Of a DNA stretch of 64,000 nt, positions 1 through 13,400 are shown one piece after another. Made by a program: the position numbers and the translations under genes. The notes under the pieces were generated by a model, which ran no database searches, was not told the origin of the DNA, and was given only the letters and a program-made list of their open reading frames with translations. Location of the stretch: NCBI RefSeq assembly GCF_036321535.1, contig NC_087437.1:97404001-97468000 (forward strand), read 5' to 3'. Origin of the DNA: Camelus dromedarius (Eukaryota). Numbering within the stretch: position 1 is the first letter of the stretch; every line of letters begins with the position of its first letter.

Positions 1-78
1 CAATCCACAGTGCCTGTAGACACTTCTATGATAGCACAAATCCACACTTAATCCACTTATGTATTGCTTATTTCACCA

Positions 79-180
79 TTTTAGACACAAACTTCTTGAG
101 GGTAGGATCTGTGTCTAATCCTCCTTGTTTTCCTCACATTTGTCACTACATCATTTTAAAATATGTTTGGTGAATCTCTG
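79..180 (+). mobile_element. L2 LINE 3' end remnant
   Basis: 'aaacttcttgagggtaggatctgtgtc...aaatatgtttggtgaat' resembles the L2 3' terminus. Confidence 0.5.
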
Positions 181-944
181 AATACAAAGGAATAATAAAT
201 TTAAAATGACAAATTCATCTTTGAACACATTAATGGAAGCCTTTTTTCTTATTTTTGAACAAGGGACTTAATACATAAAATTAACCTAAATAAAGCAATG
301 AGATAAAACAGAGAAAATTCTAAAATTAACATAATTTCATGAGCTATCTATACCTATTACCTCTTGTATTTACAAGATTAACTAGGTTATGCTAAGAATG
401 TGAATACATGCTTTTTTAAGACAGTGTTAGACTGCTAAGAATTTGTAAATAATTAGTGTTCAACAGTAAGATAAAACTAAACTTGCAAAACAGTATTTAA
501 AATTGTAAGTGTATTATACTATATACATTATATAAAATTATATATTTAAAATATATTTATATATTAGTAATAATACTTACTAGAGGATGAAGTATTTTCT
601 GTATTGACTTTATATTATCTACCTGTCCCCTTACATAATTATGAGTAAAGCTTCTTATAGAAAACAAAAATAGCTTAAAACCTTACCTAATTTATTGTTC
701 ATTTTCTGCTCAGACTCTGGAACTGGTAGAGTTTATGAGCTAAAGTTAATTATTAAAGGAATTATTAGCCCAAGTTATCTTGCATATTAATAGCTCTGGA
801 TGTTATATCCAGAATTTGCATTAATCTAAGCTCTCAGGAAAGGAAAAAAAATGTAGTTTTTTCCCACAGATGTTGGGGTTCTGTTGCTCTGAGGCTGTGA
901 ATCTACAAATTAATATTGATGTTTAACAGAGTTGACTAACACTA

Positions 945-1160
945 ATCATATGCTTAGTATGTACCGCCATGGATAGACATGCTGTACATACATATTACTA
1001 CATTCTATTCTAACATCCTGTGGGGATGTACAGAGCCCCCCTTTTCTAAATGCAAAAAGGAAGGTTCAGAGACATCGAGTGTATCTTCCAAAATGAAACA
1101 GGTAGTGAATGCCTGACCAAGAAAAAGTCAAAGACTGACTCTAAGAAACACTCTCCTCAA
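945..1160 (-). mobile_element. MIR SINE, degenerate
   Basis: Reverse MIR pattern: 'gcttagtatgtacc...cttttctaaatgcaaaaaggaaggttcagagac'. Confidence 0.5.
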
Positions 1161-2339
1161 GTAGCAAGAGAAGGGACTTAGAGCCTCTGACACAAGGGAG
1201 TGACTACACCCTTCTTGGAATCCAGAGCATATCACGAAGAAACCTTACTGCTTTTTCAATTTTGTATATTCAAATGTGAGAAACAGTTTATGATAATTAA
1301 AACATTAATTAGAGATGGAAATCTTCAAATCAGCTATATAACACGACAAGAAATGGCAAACACCCAAAAACGCAGAAATGATATTAAGTTTAGAAACAAA
1401 TTATAAGTTATTAAATTATTCAGACTAGATAGCAAATGAGGACAGCATTAAACTATAATGTAAAGCAGTGACTGAACCAGTGAAAACTGCCCCCGTGTAA
1501 CTCTGGGGTGGCCGAGCCAGGGAAGAAGCCTGGGAGAAGGCTTCTGTATTTTCGGAGGCTATGGGGGATGGCAGACTGTGAGAGTGCACAGCTGTGCCCC
1601 TCTACCTGGAGAGTGAGGGCAGCAAAGTATCTGAACAATAACCAAGCACCGGGGAGACGCAGGGTTGAGATGGGAGAAGAGTCAGACAGTGCAACTTTGA
1701 CTCCTACTAGCCCATGTCCACAAGGCTGTTGGGTGCGATACTAGTTTGGCCAGATGCTGGGGTGCCCGTTCCTGTAACGCTTCCTTTTTCAGTCAGAGAG
1801 CAGTCAGAAAACAGATGACACCTTCACATGGAGGTACTTAAGGGGAACTTAATTAAGGGGGTACCCCCTGGAGCTGTGGGCAGAAATGGATGACACTTTC
1901 AGAAATGGTACAATACTCCAGGTGGAAAGGAGTAAAGTTGAGAGGGGATATTTGAAACTGTAGAGAGCTTGTGTAAGTTTAACTACACTTCTGGTGATAG
2001 AATTATTATGTGGAAAGAAGCTAGATAGTGAAAAACATAGAATCTAAGCAGAGCTAAACAGCTTCCCTACAGACGGGCTGCAACCAACACAGGCAAGCAG
2101 TGGTGGTCTAGAGCAGTCCCTCCTCACCTCTTCCTCTTAAGTCCAAGAGCGTGAATGCGTCTTGACCTGGAAAGTGCCCCTAGGATGCTCTATTTGAGCA
2201 CTTGAACTTTCTCTTGTCTAAAGGTCTCACAGCAGCCTTTCCCTGCCTCCAACCTAGCCTTAATCTTCCTTACCAAAATCCACTCCTCCTACTCAAAACA
2301 GCAAGGAGCAGCACTTTTGTTGAACACAGGAAGAGACAA

Positions 2340-2465
2340 AAGCAATGACAGCCAAGTATGCCAGGGACTGTGCTAAGGCTTTATGGGACTTGATCTCGTT
2401 TGCTCCCCAGGATTGTTCTAGAAGACAACTAGGATCATCTCCATTTCACTAGTGGGTAAGGAGGT
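2340..2465 (-). mobile_element. MIR fragment
   Basis: 'tatgccagggactgtgctaaggctttatg...atcatctccatttcac'. Confidence 0.5.
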
Positions 2466-3488
2466 AAAAAGAGAGAGGGCTTTTTTTTGGGGTAACTAAT
2501 TATACTAGTTGTCACAGCCATCTAAAACTAATGGTGACTTCATGTCAACAACTTTTCCAAATAAATATTTTAAAAATCCTTTCAAATTTTGCAAAAATTG
2601 GCTAACTGACCCAACACATTCCTGGCTAAACTGTTCTGTAGGATGTCTCTCTCTGTCTTTTGCAAAAAGCCTTAAAGAAAAAAAGCTCATAATAATATAC
2701 ACAGTTTTTTATATAAGATCTTCCAGTCTTTTTTATATGCTCCTGCCCACATGCGATCCTGTGGCACATAATTAGACACCGGTGGGATGAACTCAGGTTA
2801 CCGATATGTAGCCGACAGAGGACAGAAATACCCAATTTATGGGCCACATAAAGATAGCATTTTTCCAATTGGTTCACAAGGAGTTCACCTTGCAGCTCAC
2901 TTGCACACAAATAGGAGAGCAAACACTTTCCCCTCTGGAATATCAAGGTGTTCTATTCTGAGAACAGCCGAATTCGATGCAGGTGGCTATTGAATAGCTA
3001 TTAGCAGTTGACTAGGAGGATATATTTCAGAATGTTCTATTCCTCTCCAGAACAAAACAAAAAGGCAATTTTAAACAGAACTCTCAGCTTCTAATATTAT
3101 GTCTGATTCCATCATACTATTTTGTGAAATAGAACTATAATTCAAACCTGTAAGTTAATGGAGTTTGACAGGAAAGTACACATCACATTTTGCAAAAGGG
3201 CCTTGATTACTTTCGGTGCTTCCTCTTGGTAATAAAGCTTTGACAGCTTCCATTTCTCAAAAGAGCAGCTTTATTATTTTCTCCTCAATTCTAAATAGTT
3301 ACTTAACTTTAAAATAGTTGCAAGTAAATGGAATTTCTTTACTGAAAAGGAAAAAAAAAAAGGCAGGTAAGAGGAATTTCTTAACCATTTTCTTCCAATC
3401 TTCTATCACTTAAGAAACCTAAGGTAACAAATGGGTGCAATTTAAAACCTTGAATACTTTAAAATGTTTTAGTTATCACGTAAGAGAC

Positions 3489-3927
3489 TGTATCAATCAG
3501 GGTCCGGGCAGAAAACAGATTGCGTGCACTCAAATTGGGTAAATTGAGGAGAATTTAATAAAGGCGCTATTTACAAAAGTGTAGGCTGTTGTGTAGAAAA
3601 ACTACGAAGAACGGGTTCAGTACAGCAGGGCATTTTACTATATCTAGGACTAAAGAGGCAGAAAGAGGGATTAGGTTACTGGAACCAGGACCTGTGGACT
3701 TTAGTTGAGGGAAACAATCAGCTAAAGACAACCTCACAGCCAGAGAGTAGGGAACTAATGTCAGTATCCTGGCTTCTCTTGAATGCCTCTTTCCGACATT
3801 TTGGTGATTCTCAGACAAAGGGAAGACCACTGACACAGTCCATATCAGTCAACTTCCCTGAAGACAAAGTAAGTTGGAAAAGGCAGAGTGGATCTGGATT
3901 GCTAAATAGAAGATATCCAGGAGAACA
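3489..3927 (-). mobile_element. LTR33-like ERVL solo LTR
   Basis: Starts 'tgtatcaatcagggtcc...actcaaattgggtaaattgaggagaatttaataaagg' and ends 'gagtggatctgga...gaagatatccag', matching the reverse complement of LTR33. Confidence 0.75.
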
Positions 3928-6509
3928 CCCCTAGGCAATCATTTAAATGATTTTCTTTACTGATCTTTATTCTTAAAGGACACACATTTGAGTCAGGATT
4001 TGCAAATTCTGAGGGCCATTCAATAGTCAAGTTATATTTTAGGAGGGACTAGCATGATCCAGTTTGTAGTCACGAACCGTGCATGGCTACCAAAGTTTTT
4101 CAACATGAGAGAGCTGAAAGCAGGGTCATTTTGACAGTCCAACAAATCCAAGAAGAGCAGAGAACCAACATGTCATCTGGTAGACTTTAGGCAAAATAAG
4201 TGACCTAGGACATCAACCAATTCCAGAACAAATAGAAGCAAGTTTTATCCACAAGCTTTACTGCTGGTTAATTCCATCATTATTAGTGACACATTATTTC
4301 TTTCCTTGAGTTTACATAACAGCAGTAATTCTGCAGAAATCAGCAGCATCCTTTCCATGCTTACAGCATGAAAAGGACTTTCAATTGTATAAACACCTCA
4401 ATATTTAGTCTGCAGTTTCACCACCAGTTATAAAATATAAACATTTGGTTTCCTGTAGTCTCTTTGCCTCTATGACACATTTAATAAATTCAACAAATAG
4501 TATCAAGTAATTACATGTGCCTGGAAATGTGCCTACTTGCTGGGAATAAAGCAGTCAAGTTAAGTCCTACCTACAGGGCTGACCAGTCAAAGTCTGAATC
4601 CCTGTTGCAGTCATAACAACAGGAAACTCAGGGGAGATCTATGCTTTAGGCAAAAAATATTATTAAATAGTTGATTGAATAAATCCATATCATAGTCATC
4701 ATTCAGAGTTTTTATATTTATTTCAGATATGTGGAAAGCTATAGTCCTTGTTTTTCAAGAATTCGTATTTTTGCAAAAAGTACATACAATTCTAGGCATC
4801 ATATTGCTCTCTTCTCTTTTATTTATTTGTTTGTTTTCACTGTGTGAACTTACAGAACAATAGAAAGTGCTCCATTCAAGTGAGATGGAATATTGTCAAA
4901 CGAAACACAACATTATGTACGTATAAAATATTTGTGAAGATGTACAGAATAAGAATGCAGATTTGCATTTTATTTTTATTTCAGGGGAGCAGAGATGAGC
5001 TGTGCTCCGCACATATCTATTGAAGCAGTCATTGATGCATGAATGCTTCCCTATTTGTTCCACTTTTATCCACTGCAGTACCTTGGATCATGTTCTTGTT
5101 CCGTATTTTATTAGGAGTAAAGGTGGTAGGCTGGTTTGAAGAATGCAGTTCAAGGTTTCTTTAAATCTTTTTTTTTTTTTTGACATTTCTCATTGTATTG
5201 CACCATGTCAAGTAAGCATGAACCACTGTGTACAGTATATTGAATTTTCTTCAGGTAGTTCAAAACAAATTAATTCTCTACCCACACATCATTTAAAGTA
5301 CTAATTCCCTGTGCAGCCCAGCAAACTTCAAGCTGTACCTGTTCAGCGTTTAAAGTTAAGGCAGTGCACCATAAACACCTGTTAAAGTTTATAGCCATCT
5401 GCTTCCTCAAGAAATCTAAATTCTAATAATATGAAATTAACAGATGGGAAAGAGCTGTAACCTCAGCTCTTAAGAGGGTAACTCCAACCTTTGAATTAAC
5501 ATAGTGCCATTTTGCTGGTAATTGTTTGCAATGGCCACAGGGACACGGTTCAACAATGATGGCCCATTAGTAACATACTTTATTTTTGTTCCCGTATAGT
5601 TCGGATAGAGTATTTCTTAATGATTTCTAAAACACCACACTTAGGTGAATCTTTCTCCTCTCAATGAGGGCGTAAAATAATTAAGATATAATGAAATGTG
5701 CTTCAACATCTGACAGTCCTGAGGGTAATGAAAAGATACCTTTGAGACTAGAGATGGCAATGTTTTAAATAAGAAATTAAAGTTGGTTATAATCCACTTG
5801 CATAAAATTAAGCATAAAAATTGGAAGTTGAGAGAAAATTCATAGCAAACTATATGGATATTCAGGAACTTATCTTTTTCGTATTCACAAATAATTGAAA
5901 AGACTTGTTTCATGAAGGTTAATTCAGAAAAGAAAAGAGAATATAGACCTCTGGGTTTGGTTTTGTTTTGCTTTGCTTTGCAAAATTAGCATGTCTTTGT
6001 GTTGTTTTCTTTTTCTGATCATAAAAGTAATGCCTGCTCAATATAAATAATTCAAACTATACAGAGTGCTCAAAGTGGAAATGAAAGGTAGCCATGATTT
6101 CATGCTCCACAAACCTGAGCAAAAAACATCAATAAATCTCTTTTATTTTTCCAGTTAATGACTCGAGTACCCACGTGCTAGTTTCGTAAAGAGTGTAGTA
6201 TCTACCTCGTGGGGCTGGCCCCATGCTGTCCACATTTCATAGGAGCTAAGTAGCTCCAGTCATGACCAATCTACCATGTGAAGAGAGAACCCTGACGTGA
6301 ATCCAGTTTGGTGCTGTGATGCCTTTCCCACCCCACACTACCTCTGTTGAAAGCTGGCCCTTTTTTCACCTCCTTTGTCTCTACCTTGTAAAGATGCTCA
6401 GTGGTGCACATCTCTGCATGGTCCCTTACGGCTTTTGTTCACAGATCCTACCCTGTTCCAGCCACTGAGGTTACAACCCAAGTTACCCCCGCAGCAGAGC
6501 TAGTAGTTT

Positions 6510-7036
6510 TGCTAGGCAGTTAGATAAGTGGGGGAACTGGGCAGATAGGTGGAGGAGAGGAAGGATGGTCCGGAAGATGGTGATATGCCCGCTTTCAGCA
6601 TAAGGGCTTTTACCTCCTCTAAATGAGTGTCAGCAAGAGACCGGCAGGAATCAGATGGCTGCAACTTCATGCTAGACAAATACCTAACTGGACATGACCC
6701 AATGCCCACTGTAATTTAATAAGCATTGTGGTTTATCTTTGGGTTTTTCTGTACACACCACGGTTAAGGGCATGTGCAGAGGGGGATGGGCATGACTAAG
6801 CACTCCAGGGGCAAGAGCCCTCAATCAATCAAGAGCCCACCCCTAAGCCAGAAAGGACAGACAAAGACCAGGCTGCCAGCCCCTCCTGCATCAGCCCGCC
6901 TCCCGCCCTTGGAGGTCTACTTCCGCTTTGCTAATAAAACCTTTAAAATCTTTCACTACACAACGCTTTGTCCCCCTTCTGAATTCTTCCCTCTTGGGCA
7001 AGACAAGAACCAAGGCTTTCCCCTTCTGGAGTAACA
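6510..7036 (+). mobile_element. ERV solo LTR (ERV1-like, family unassigned)
   Basis: TG start ('tgctaggcagttagataag'), AATAAA near 6933, U5-like 'ctgaattcttccctcttgggcaagacaagaacc' and a '...taaca' end; left boundary uncertain. Confidence 0.65.
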
Positions 7037-7061
7037 CTCTTCTACTGCTGCCATGACAAAC

Positions 7062-7874
7062 TGTGGAAAGAAAACCATCTATATGGAAGCAGGCAAAGGC
7101 TTTTTTACTCCGAGCCTGCTATGGGAGAGAGTTAGCCACCACCATTTGTGTTTGGCAGAGACCTGAAGGCATGCAGGTGAGTATAGTTGCCTCTGAATAT
7201 CCATGGGTTCCACATTGCAGATTCAATCCACCATAAATCAAAAATATTCAAGGAGGAAAAAAAATTCCAGAAAGTTCCAAAAAGTAAAACTTGAATTTGC
7301 TGTGCACTAGCAACTATTGGCATAGTATTTACATTGTATTTACAACTATTTACATAGCATTTACTTTGCATGAGGTATTATAAGTAATCTAGAAAAGATT
7401 TAAAGTATTTGGGAGAGTGCACATAGGTTACATGCAGACACCTACACCATTTTATGTAAGTGAATTGACCATCTGAGGATTTTGGTATCCACAGGGTTCC
7501 TGGAACCAATCAGAGGGACAACTGCATAGCTGCTTATAGTGAACAAAAAGAGAAAGCTTAACATGTGCCCTGATTGGAGGCTGTTGGCATGGGGAAGCTG
7601 GAGGAGGGCTAATTAGAAGCAGGGAGTTCTATGTGTTTGGTTATGGAGATCAAATATGGAAAGCATCTTTGGCTGTCTCTGGTCAGTCTTAAGCTGATGA
7701 ACGGCTCAAAAACTAGAGAAGTTGGAAGTCACTGATCGAGTCCTGGTGCTTTGGGGTCAATTGCTACAGAGGTTGTGGTTTGACCTCTTAGACTGGTTGC
7801 TGCAGAGGTTATAGGTCAGATTTCTATTTTTATATGTGATCTGGCTATTGTCCATTTGTATATTCAGTGTCTCA
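7062..7874 (-). mobile_element. MER89/MER90-like ERV1 LTR, split by a DNA transposon
   Basis: TG...CA ends; the reverse strand starts 'tgagacactgaatatacaaatggacaatagccagatcac' and has repeated 'aacctctg(t/c)agcaa' units. Confidence 0.6.
7184..7524 (-). mobile_element. MER2/Tigger2-like non-autonomous TcMar DNA transposon
   Basis: Terminal inverted repeats 'tagttgcctctg' / 'cagagggacaactg', TA on the left flank, MER2 core 'aggtattataagtaatctaga...gattttggtatcc...cctggaaccaatc'. Confidence 0.85.
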
Positions 7875-8165
7875 GAAAATCACCATAAACTTAGCAGATT
7901 CAAAAACACACCGATATTATGTCACAGTTTTGCAGGTCAGAAGTCTTGTAAAGGTCTCATGGGGCTAAGATCAAGTTGTCAGCAGGAAACATTCCGTGTG
8001 GAGGCTCTAGTGGAAAATCCATTTGCTGCTCACTCAGGTTGTTGGCTGAATTCAATTTCTTAGGGCTATAGGACCATATCTCAGTTTTCCTTCTGGCTGT
8101 AACCTCAGGGCATTTCTCAGCTTCTAAAGGCCACTGTGTTCCTTGGCTTTGGGCCCCCCTTTTCC
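7875..8165 (-). mobile_element. MLT1 (D/E-like) MaLR LTR; its terminal piece lies at about 7037-7061
   Basis: 'caccataaacttagc...cacagttttgcaggtcagaagtc...gggctaagatcaagttgtcagcagg...ggaggctctag'. Confidence 0.75.
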
Positions 8166-8611
8166 AATTTCTGGCTTTCTGTTGTTTAAGCTGCCTTATA
8201 AGGTACCAATAGGAAACTAACATAGATGTGAAGGATGATTGGGTTTATTAGACAGATGGGTATATGAATGTAAGGGCTTACATGGCAGGGTGAGAGGACC
8301 TTCAAAGCAGAGGGAATGGCATGTGAAGATGCACAGAAGTATGCAAGACCAGAATGAGATTCGGGAATTAAGAGTTGGTTGAGATTGCCAGAACTGAAAG
8401 CATAAGGAGTGGCTCACAGCAAAAATGCAATGGTCAATGTAGGTAAAACCGAGATACCTGTATTGCCCTTCTAAGGGTTTAAAATTTTAAGACTTTTTTT
8501 TTTAACCTACCCCTGCAAAAGTAACTGACATACCGATTTTTCCAACATGAGCAACAAGTAGATTTCAAAACACCTTTGCTTTAAAATTATTTAGGGGTGA
8601 ATTACTTAGAG

Positions 8612-8790
8612 GAAAATCCTGTTTCTGCCAGTCACCAGCTGTACGACCTTAGTGAATTTACTTAACTTCACGGATTCTCCATTTCCTCATCTGTGAGACA
8701 GAGATAACCACAACTTGCACACATATTATGAGCATTAAAAGGAAAAATGTATCTTCACTGCTTAGAAACACCCAGAATATCAGACATAAT
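8612..8790 (+). mobile_element. MIR SINE
   Basis: MIR core 'agctgtacgaccttagtgaatttacttaac...tttcctcatctgtga'. Confidence 0.7.
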
Positions 8791-9563
8791 AACATTTTAT
8801 TTTATAAATAACTATATATCAAATTCTAGATGTGAATCTACAAAGCGATCTATTAGGTCAGTGGATCTTCACTCCTGGGAAGCTGAAGACCATGTTGTCA
8901 CTCAGCTGGATATGTCAGTATAACTATCAACTTAACAACTGGCTGAGGTCACATTTCAATTTGCACCAGAGGCATCCAAGGCATGTTTAGAGTGCCGGCA
9001 TGATTCAGCTGCAAGCTGTCACTTATCCATACTAAATTAGATTAATACCATGGAGACCATTTTATGTCACAATAGATTATTTGTTTACTTAATATCTAGC
9101 TAGTATTTATAGTGAAGTAAATTGTTGCTTCCAACTGGCTATTAATATCACATATCAATTTATTCAGAATGGTGGCTTCTGGTTGCATGACCTCAGAAAA
9201 TGAGAAGGACAAGGATAAACAGGAATAGCCTCTATGTCTTAAACATAATTAAATTATCTCTGGTTTTCAAAGCCTGCTTGAACTTGGTCAGTTTTTCCTT
9301 ATAGTATTGGCTATTTTTCATGCAAAGAGACAGAAATAAGATATTAAGGGAATTATAGTTTACCTTTGAGAAATCTCATGGTGTAACATGAATTTTAGAA
9401 AAAAAATATAATTTTGAACATGCTGTCTCATTTTTCATTTCCTTAAACTAGCCTTTTGAGATCTGGATGCCCATTTCACATTGAAAAATTAATAAGCAAA
9501 AGCAACCCAAATAAAAATGTTCTGTGGCAATTCTTGAGATTACAGATAAATAACTCATATAGT

Positions 9564-9594
<31 letters not shown>

Positions 9595-9656
9595 CACACA
9601 CACATATTTATACACACACAGTCACACACACACACACACATACATACACCCACACA
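9564..9656. repeat. Compound (TA)n/(CA)n microsatellite
   Basis: Directly visible dinucleotide runs. Confidence 0.95.
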
Positions 9657-11361
9657 TCCCCTAAAAGACACTCACCCAAGATATAGCCAACTGTATGTTG
9701 GGAATAATAGCAACATTTATTCTCATATTGTCATAATGGATAGGAAATTCTTAGCATAGTGCCTGGTAAATACAAAACATTCAATTGCAATTAGACATTC
9801 TTATCATTATCAGTCAGCATCATCATCCTTTTTGTAGTTTTCATCATCATTAAGCATTTCTTCTGTTTGAAACCTTTTAGTTGTTTGCCTGCACACATCC
9901 ATGGGAGATGAGAATCAGGTCACCCAGAGCAGCAACAAAGAGAAACATCCTTAGGGGACTTCTGGCTGTTAGAGATCCCCACTGGAAGTCCAGTTTCTAA
10001 GCCTACCGTGGTGATGTCATAAGAGTCAGTATGTGCCTAGGATATGAGTGGCACCTCCTAAAAGCTCATACTGTTGTGCAGTGCACAACTTGAGCACCTA
10101 TACCCATATGCAGTTTGCACCCTCACACTACATTTCAAGTATCACAAGCCTCTTGTTCTTTGGGTACACAGCACTCTTTTATGTTTCCATGTTTAATATG
10201 CATATCATCCTTTATCTGTCCACTGAACTCTGTCAGATTTGCCTTTCAGCACTCGGCTTGAAACTTCTCTCCTTTGATGGCTTTGCTGGTCTAACTGGGC
10301 ACAATTACTCATATCTTCCTTTAACCACCACGATACATATTGCATGTTTCTTCAAGTTAATTCTTAGGAAATTGACAATACCCCACCTCTTTTCACCTAA
10401 GTATTGACAATCTTAATATGTTCGATCATAGTATAATTGCACCAACAAATTGTTTTATAAACATTTGTTGAAATGTCAGGTAATCTGTGAGTTTCTCATG
10501 GACACATATCATGTTTTATTTAAAATATATTGCTGTATTTAATAGAAGTTATGATGTATGTTTGCAATCTGCTTAATAATTTTGAGCTGCAATCTAAACC
10601 TCTTATGTCTCAATTTTCTTATCTGAAAAAATGAAACAAATAACATACTTAATACTTACACAATGCTTGAGATTTTTGAAAGCATTAAATGAGATAAATG
10701 TACTAAAGTTAAATTTTGTTTTCAAACTTCACTTATTATAGGTTTAACTCTTTTTAACTAATCCAATTACTATTTTCCCCTGAGATTAAGACAAGCTACC
10801 TGTATAATACCTGCGATTGTAAACACAGGACTTTCTTCAGGAAGAAAAACAAACACAACAATAGTAGATTGAACTCAAACATGGGTAAACTAGTCCTGTT
10901 TATTTCAGCCAGCCTGATAGCTAAATGTTAGACTTTAGAAAATCACAGCAAAGTCAGGTTTTGGATCCACAGTCCTTAAGGTATTAATTGGTTGTTTTGT
11001 TTTGATTCACAGAGTTTCCTATAGAAAACTTAAAAATATGTGTGGTCAGAGACCATGCTGACAGTAAGAAAACATTTGAATGATTTGTATTCTCATCTTA
11101 AATGCATGCAGCAGTGCTCATAAATACATATATTGAGAGTCAGAAAAACCATCTCAAAAGCTAAAATACACACTAAGCAGTAAGGAAATTAGGAAAATGT
11201 TCTTTAGACGAAACAGGAATAACAAAAAAGAAAAATGTTAGTTTTTCACAAAGTAAAAAAACACCCCTGTAATAAAATTGGTATTAAATAAATGTAGAAT
11301 TAAACTTGCATCATCAGATTCAATCTTTAGATTAGTATTTTAAGGACGATTGTCTTAGGAA

Positions 11362-11610
11362 GTAGTGCTGCACAGCAGAGTAAGAATGAACATCCATGGT
11401 CAGAGAGATCTGAGTTCAAGTCCTTATTCTGCTACTTATTGGCTATATGAACTCAGACCACTTAGTTGACTTGCCTGGAGTACAGTTTTCTTACTTGAAA
11501 AGTGTGGATAATAGCACATTCTTTATAGGATTGGGATACAGAATTAGCAATGATGTGTATAACAACCTTAATCCTATAAACAGAACACATTGTTCTTCAA
11601 CAAAACAGTA
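11362..11610 (+). mobile_element. MIR SINE
   Basis: 'atctgagttcaagtccttattctgctacttattggctatatga...cagttttcttacttgaaaa'. Confidence 0.65.
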
Positions 11611-11959
11611 TTGGTGATACCATGATACTCAAAAGGAAAAATAAAAATCACACAATCAATTAATAATATGAATACAATTGGCAGCAGACAAAGGCAGCCC
11701 TGGACTCACACAATATTTTGGGGAATAAGGAATTTAAGACGTCATATGAAAGCTTAAAATATGCCTCACTGACAAACTGCTCATCTTTACATTCATTAAT
11801 AATTTATGAATAATTTTCTCTGTAAGGTTATACTACAAACTCAGAGCATAGTTTCATTAATTAATGGATTTTAAGAATAAAACATAAATGATCAAATCAG
11901 AAAAAGAAGAAAAAAAACTTCTTGCAACCTAGAGAATCAATTGGAAGAATTAATAGATC

Positions 11960-13400
11960 TAAGCAAGAAATAATGGTGGCCTAGAATAGGGTAAAGCCTA
12001 GGAACATTAAAACAACAGGATTTGGTGATTGAGGAATTTATACCATGCCCAAGTGCCTGATTTGAATAACTAGATGGATGGTGGTAGCACAATTCATTGA
12101 GAGAATGACAATAAGGGAAGAAAATTACCCATGGGTAAGTGGACAAGCTCAGATATGGACACACCACATCTCAGCTCTGGAGAATATTCAAGTAAAGAGT
12201 ATTGCAAGCAGGATTGTGCACTGAAACATCCAGTTGCAAGCAGGATGTGTGCACTGAAAGCAGAAATGTATCTGAAAGTGGATATAAAATATAAAGACAT
12301 TCACTGGAGCTGTGGGAGAAGGTAAGAACAATCCTGTGTAAAGGTATTTAGAACAGAATTCTTTCAGACACCAATAGTTAACTAATGGGTTAAGAAAGAA
12401 CCTCCAAAGAAGGTTTCAGCGCGATGGTCAAAAATCAGGAGTAGAAGGTGCCATAGAAGCCAATGAATGAGAGCATTTCTAAGACAGAATGGTCCACAGT
12501 GTGAAATGCTACTAAGAAGTCAAATAAGACAAGAAGTGCACTTAATCATTGTATTCACAAATGAGCAAATTACTGGTGACCCCTGGAAGTGGTTCAGTAG
12601 GAGCTGAAGGGAGACCACGCAAGTTGACCCTTGGATGACAGACAAGAAATAGAGACAGCACGTGTAAGCAGCTCCTGTAAATTCTTGACTGTCAAGTGGA
12701 AGAGAGAAAGGAGGCAGATCTGGAGAGAGATGGGTTGAAAGGTTTTATTAGTTTTTTCTTTCGATAAAGTGGAAAAAAGAAAAAACTTGAACATGATTAA
12801 ATAGTGACAGGATTGCACCAATAGAGATGGAAGGAACACACAATTAAAGAGATCATTTATCTTGTGGGAAGGAATGAGATCCAGATGTGGAGAAACTCTC
12901 CTTAGATAGAAAAACAACTTCTAGTTAACAAGAGGGAAGGAAAGAGTTTATGTGGGGGAGGGGGCAGGGTTACAGGAAGCTCAAACGATGCTTGAGGGTT
13001 TTATTTTTAACCCTGTGGTAGAAACTAGGGTCTCTCACTCAGAGTGAGGAGGGTGGTACTAGGAAAAGAGATTTTGAAAGAGTGGAGAAGTTTTGAAATA
13101 GTTACCTTAGCAAGTAGAAGAGAACTAACTAGGGAAATGACAGATTTTTAAGCAATATTGTGGGTCAGATTGCAATTGGAAATGAAGAGTTTTTCAAGAG
13201 CTCAGTCAACAGCCCAGTGTGAGGCCTGAAGAAGGTGAACAGGGATGAGTTCAGAGTCGGAGTTTTGCCCTACGTGTACCCTGGGCAGGCAAAGACAGGA
13301 AAGAATTGAAGATGTTGACAAGAAAAAGGTGCAGTAATGACCATTACATCTAAATTTATTAGAAAGGAAATAAAGAAAGAAGGTTTCACAGAAAGAAAAA
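11960..13400 (-). mobile_element. Long degenerate L2 LINE segment
   Basis: Purine-rich antisense L2 signature, e.g. 'gaatggtccacagtgtgaaatgctactaagaagtcaaataagacaaga', 'tactggtgaccc'. Confidence 0.65.

Noticed and set aside
12950..12980. G-run cluster as a G-quadruplex
   Set aside because: Only three clear G3+ runs, inside decayed L2
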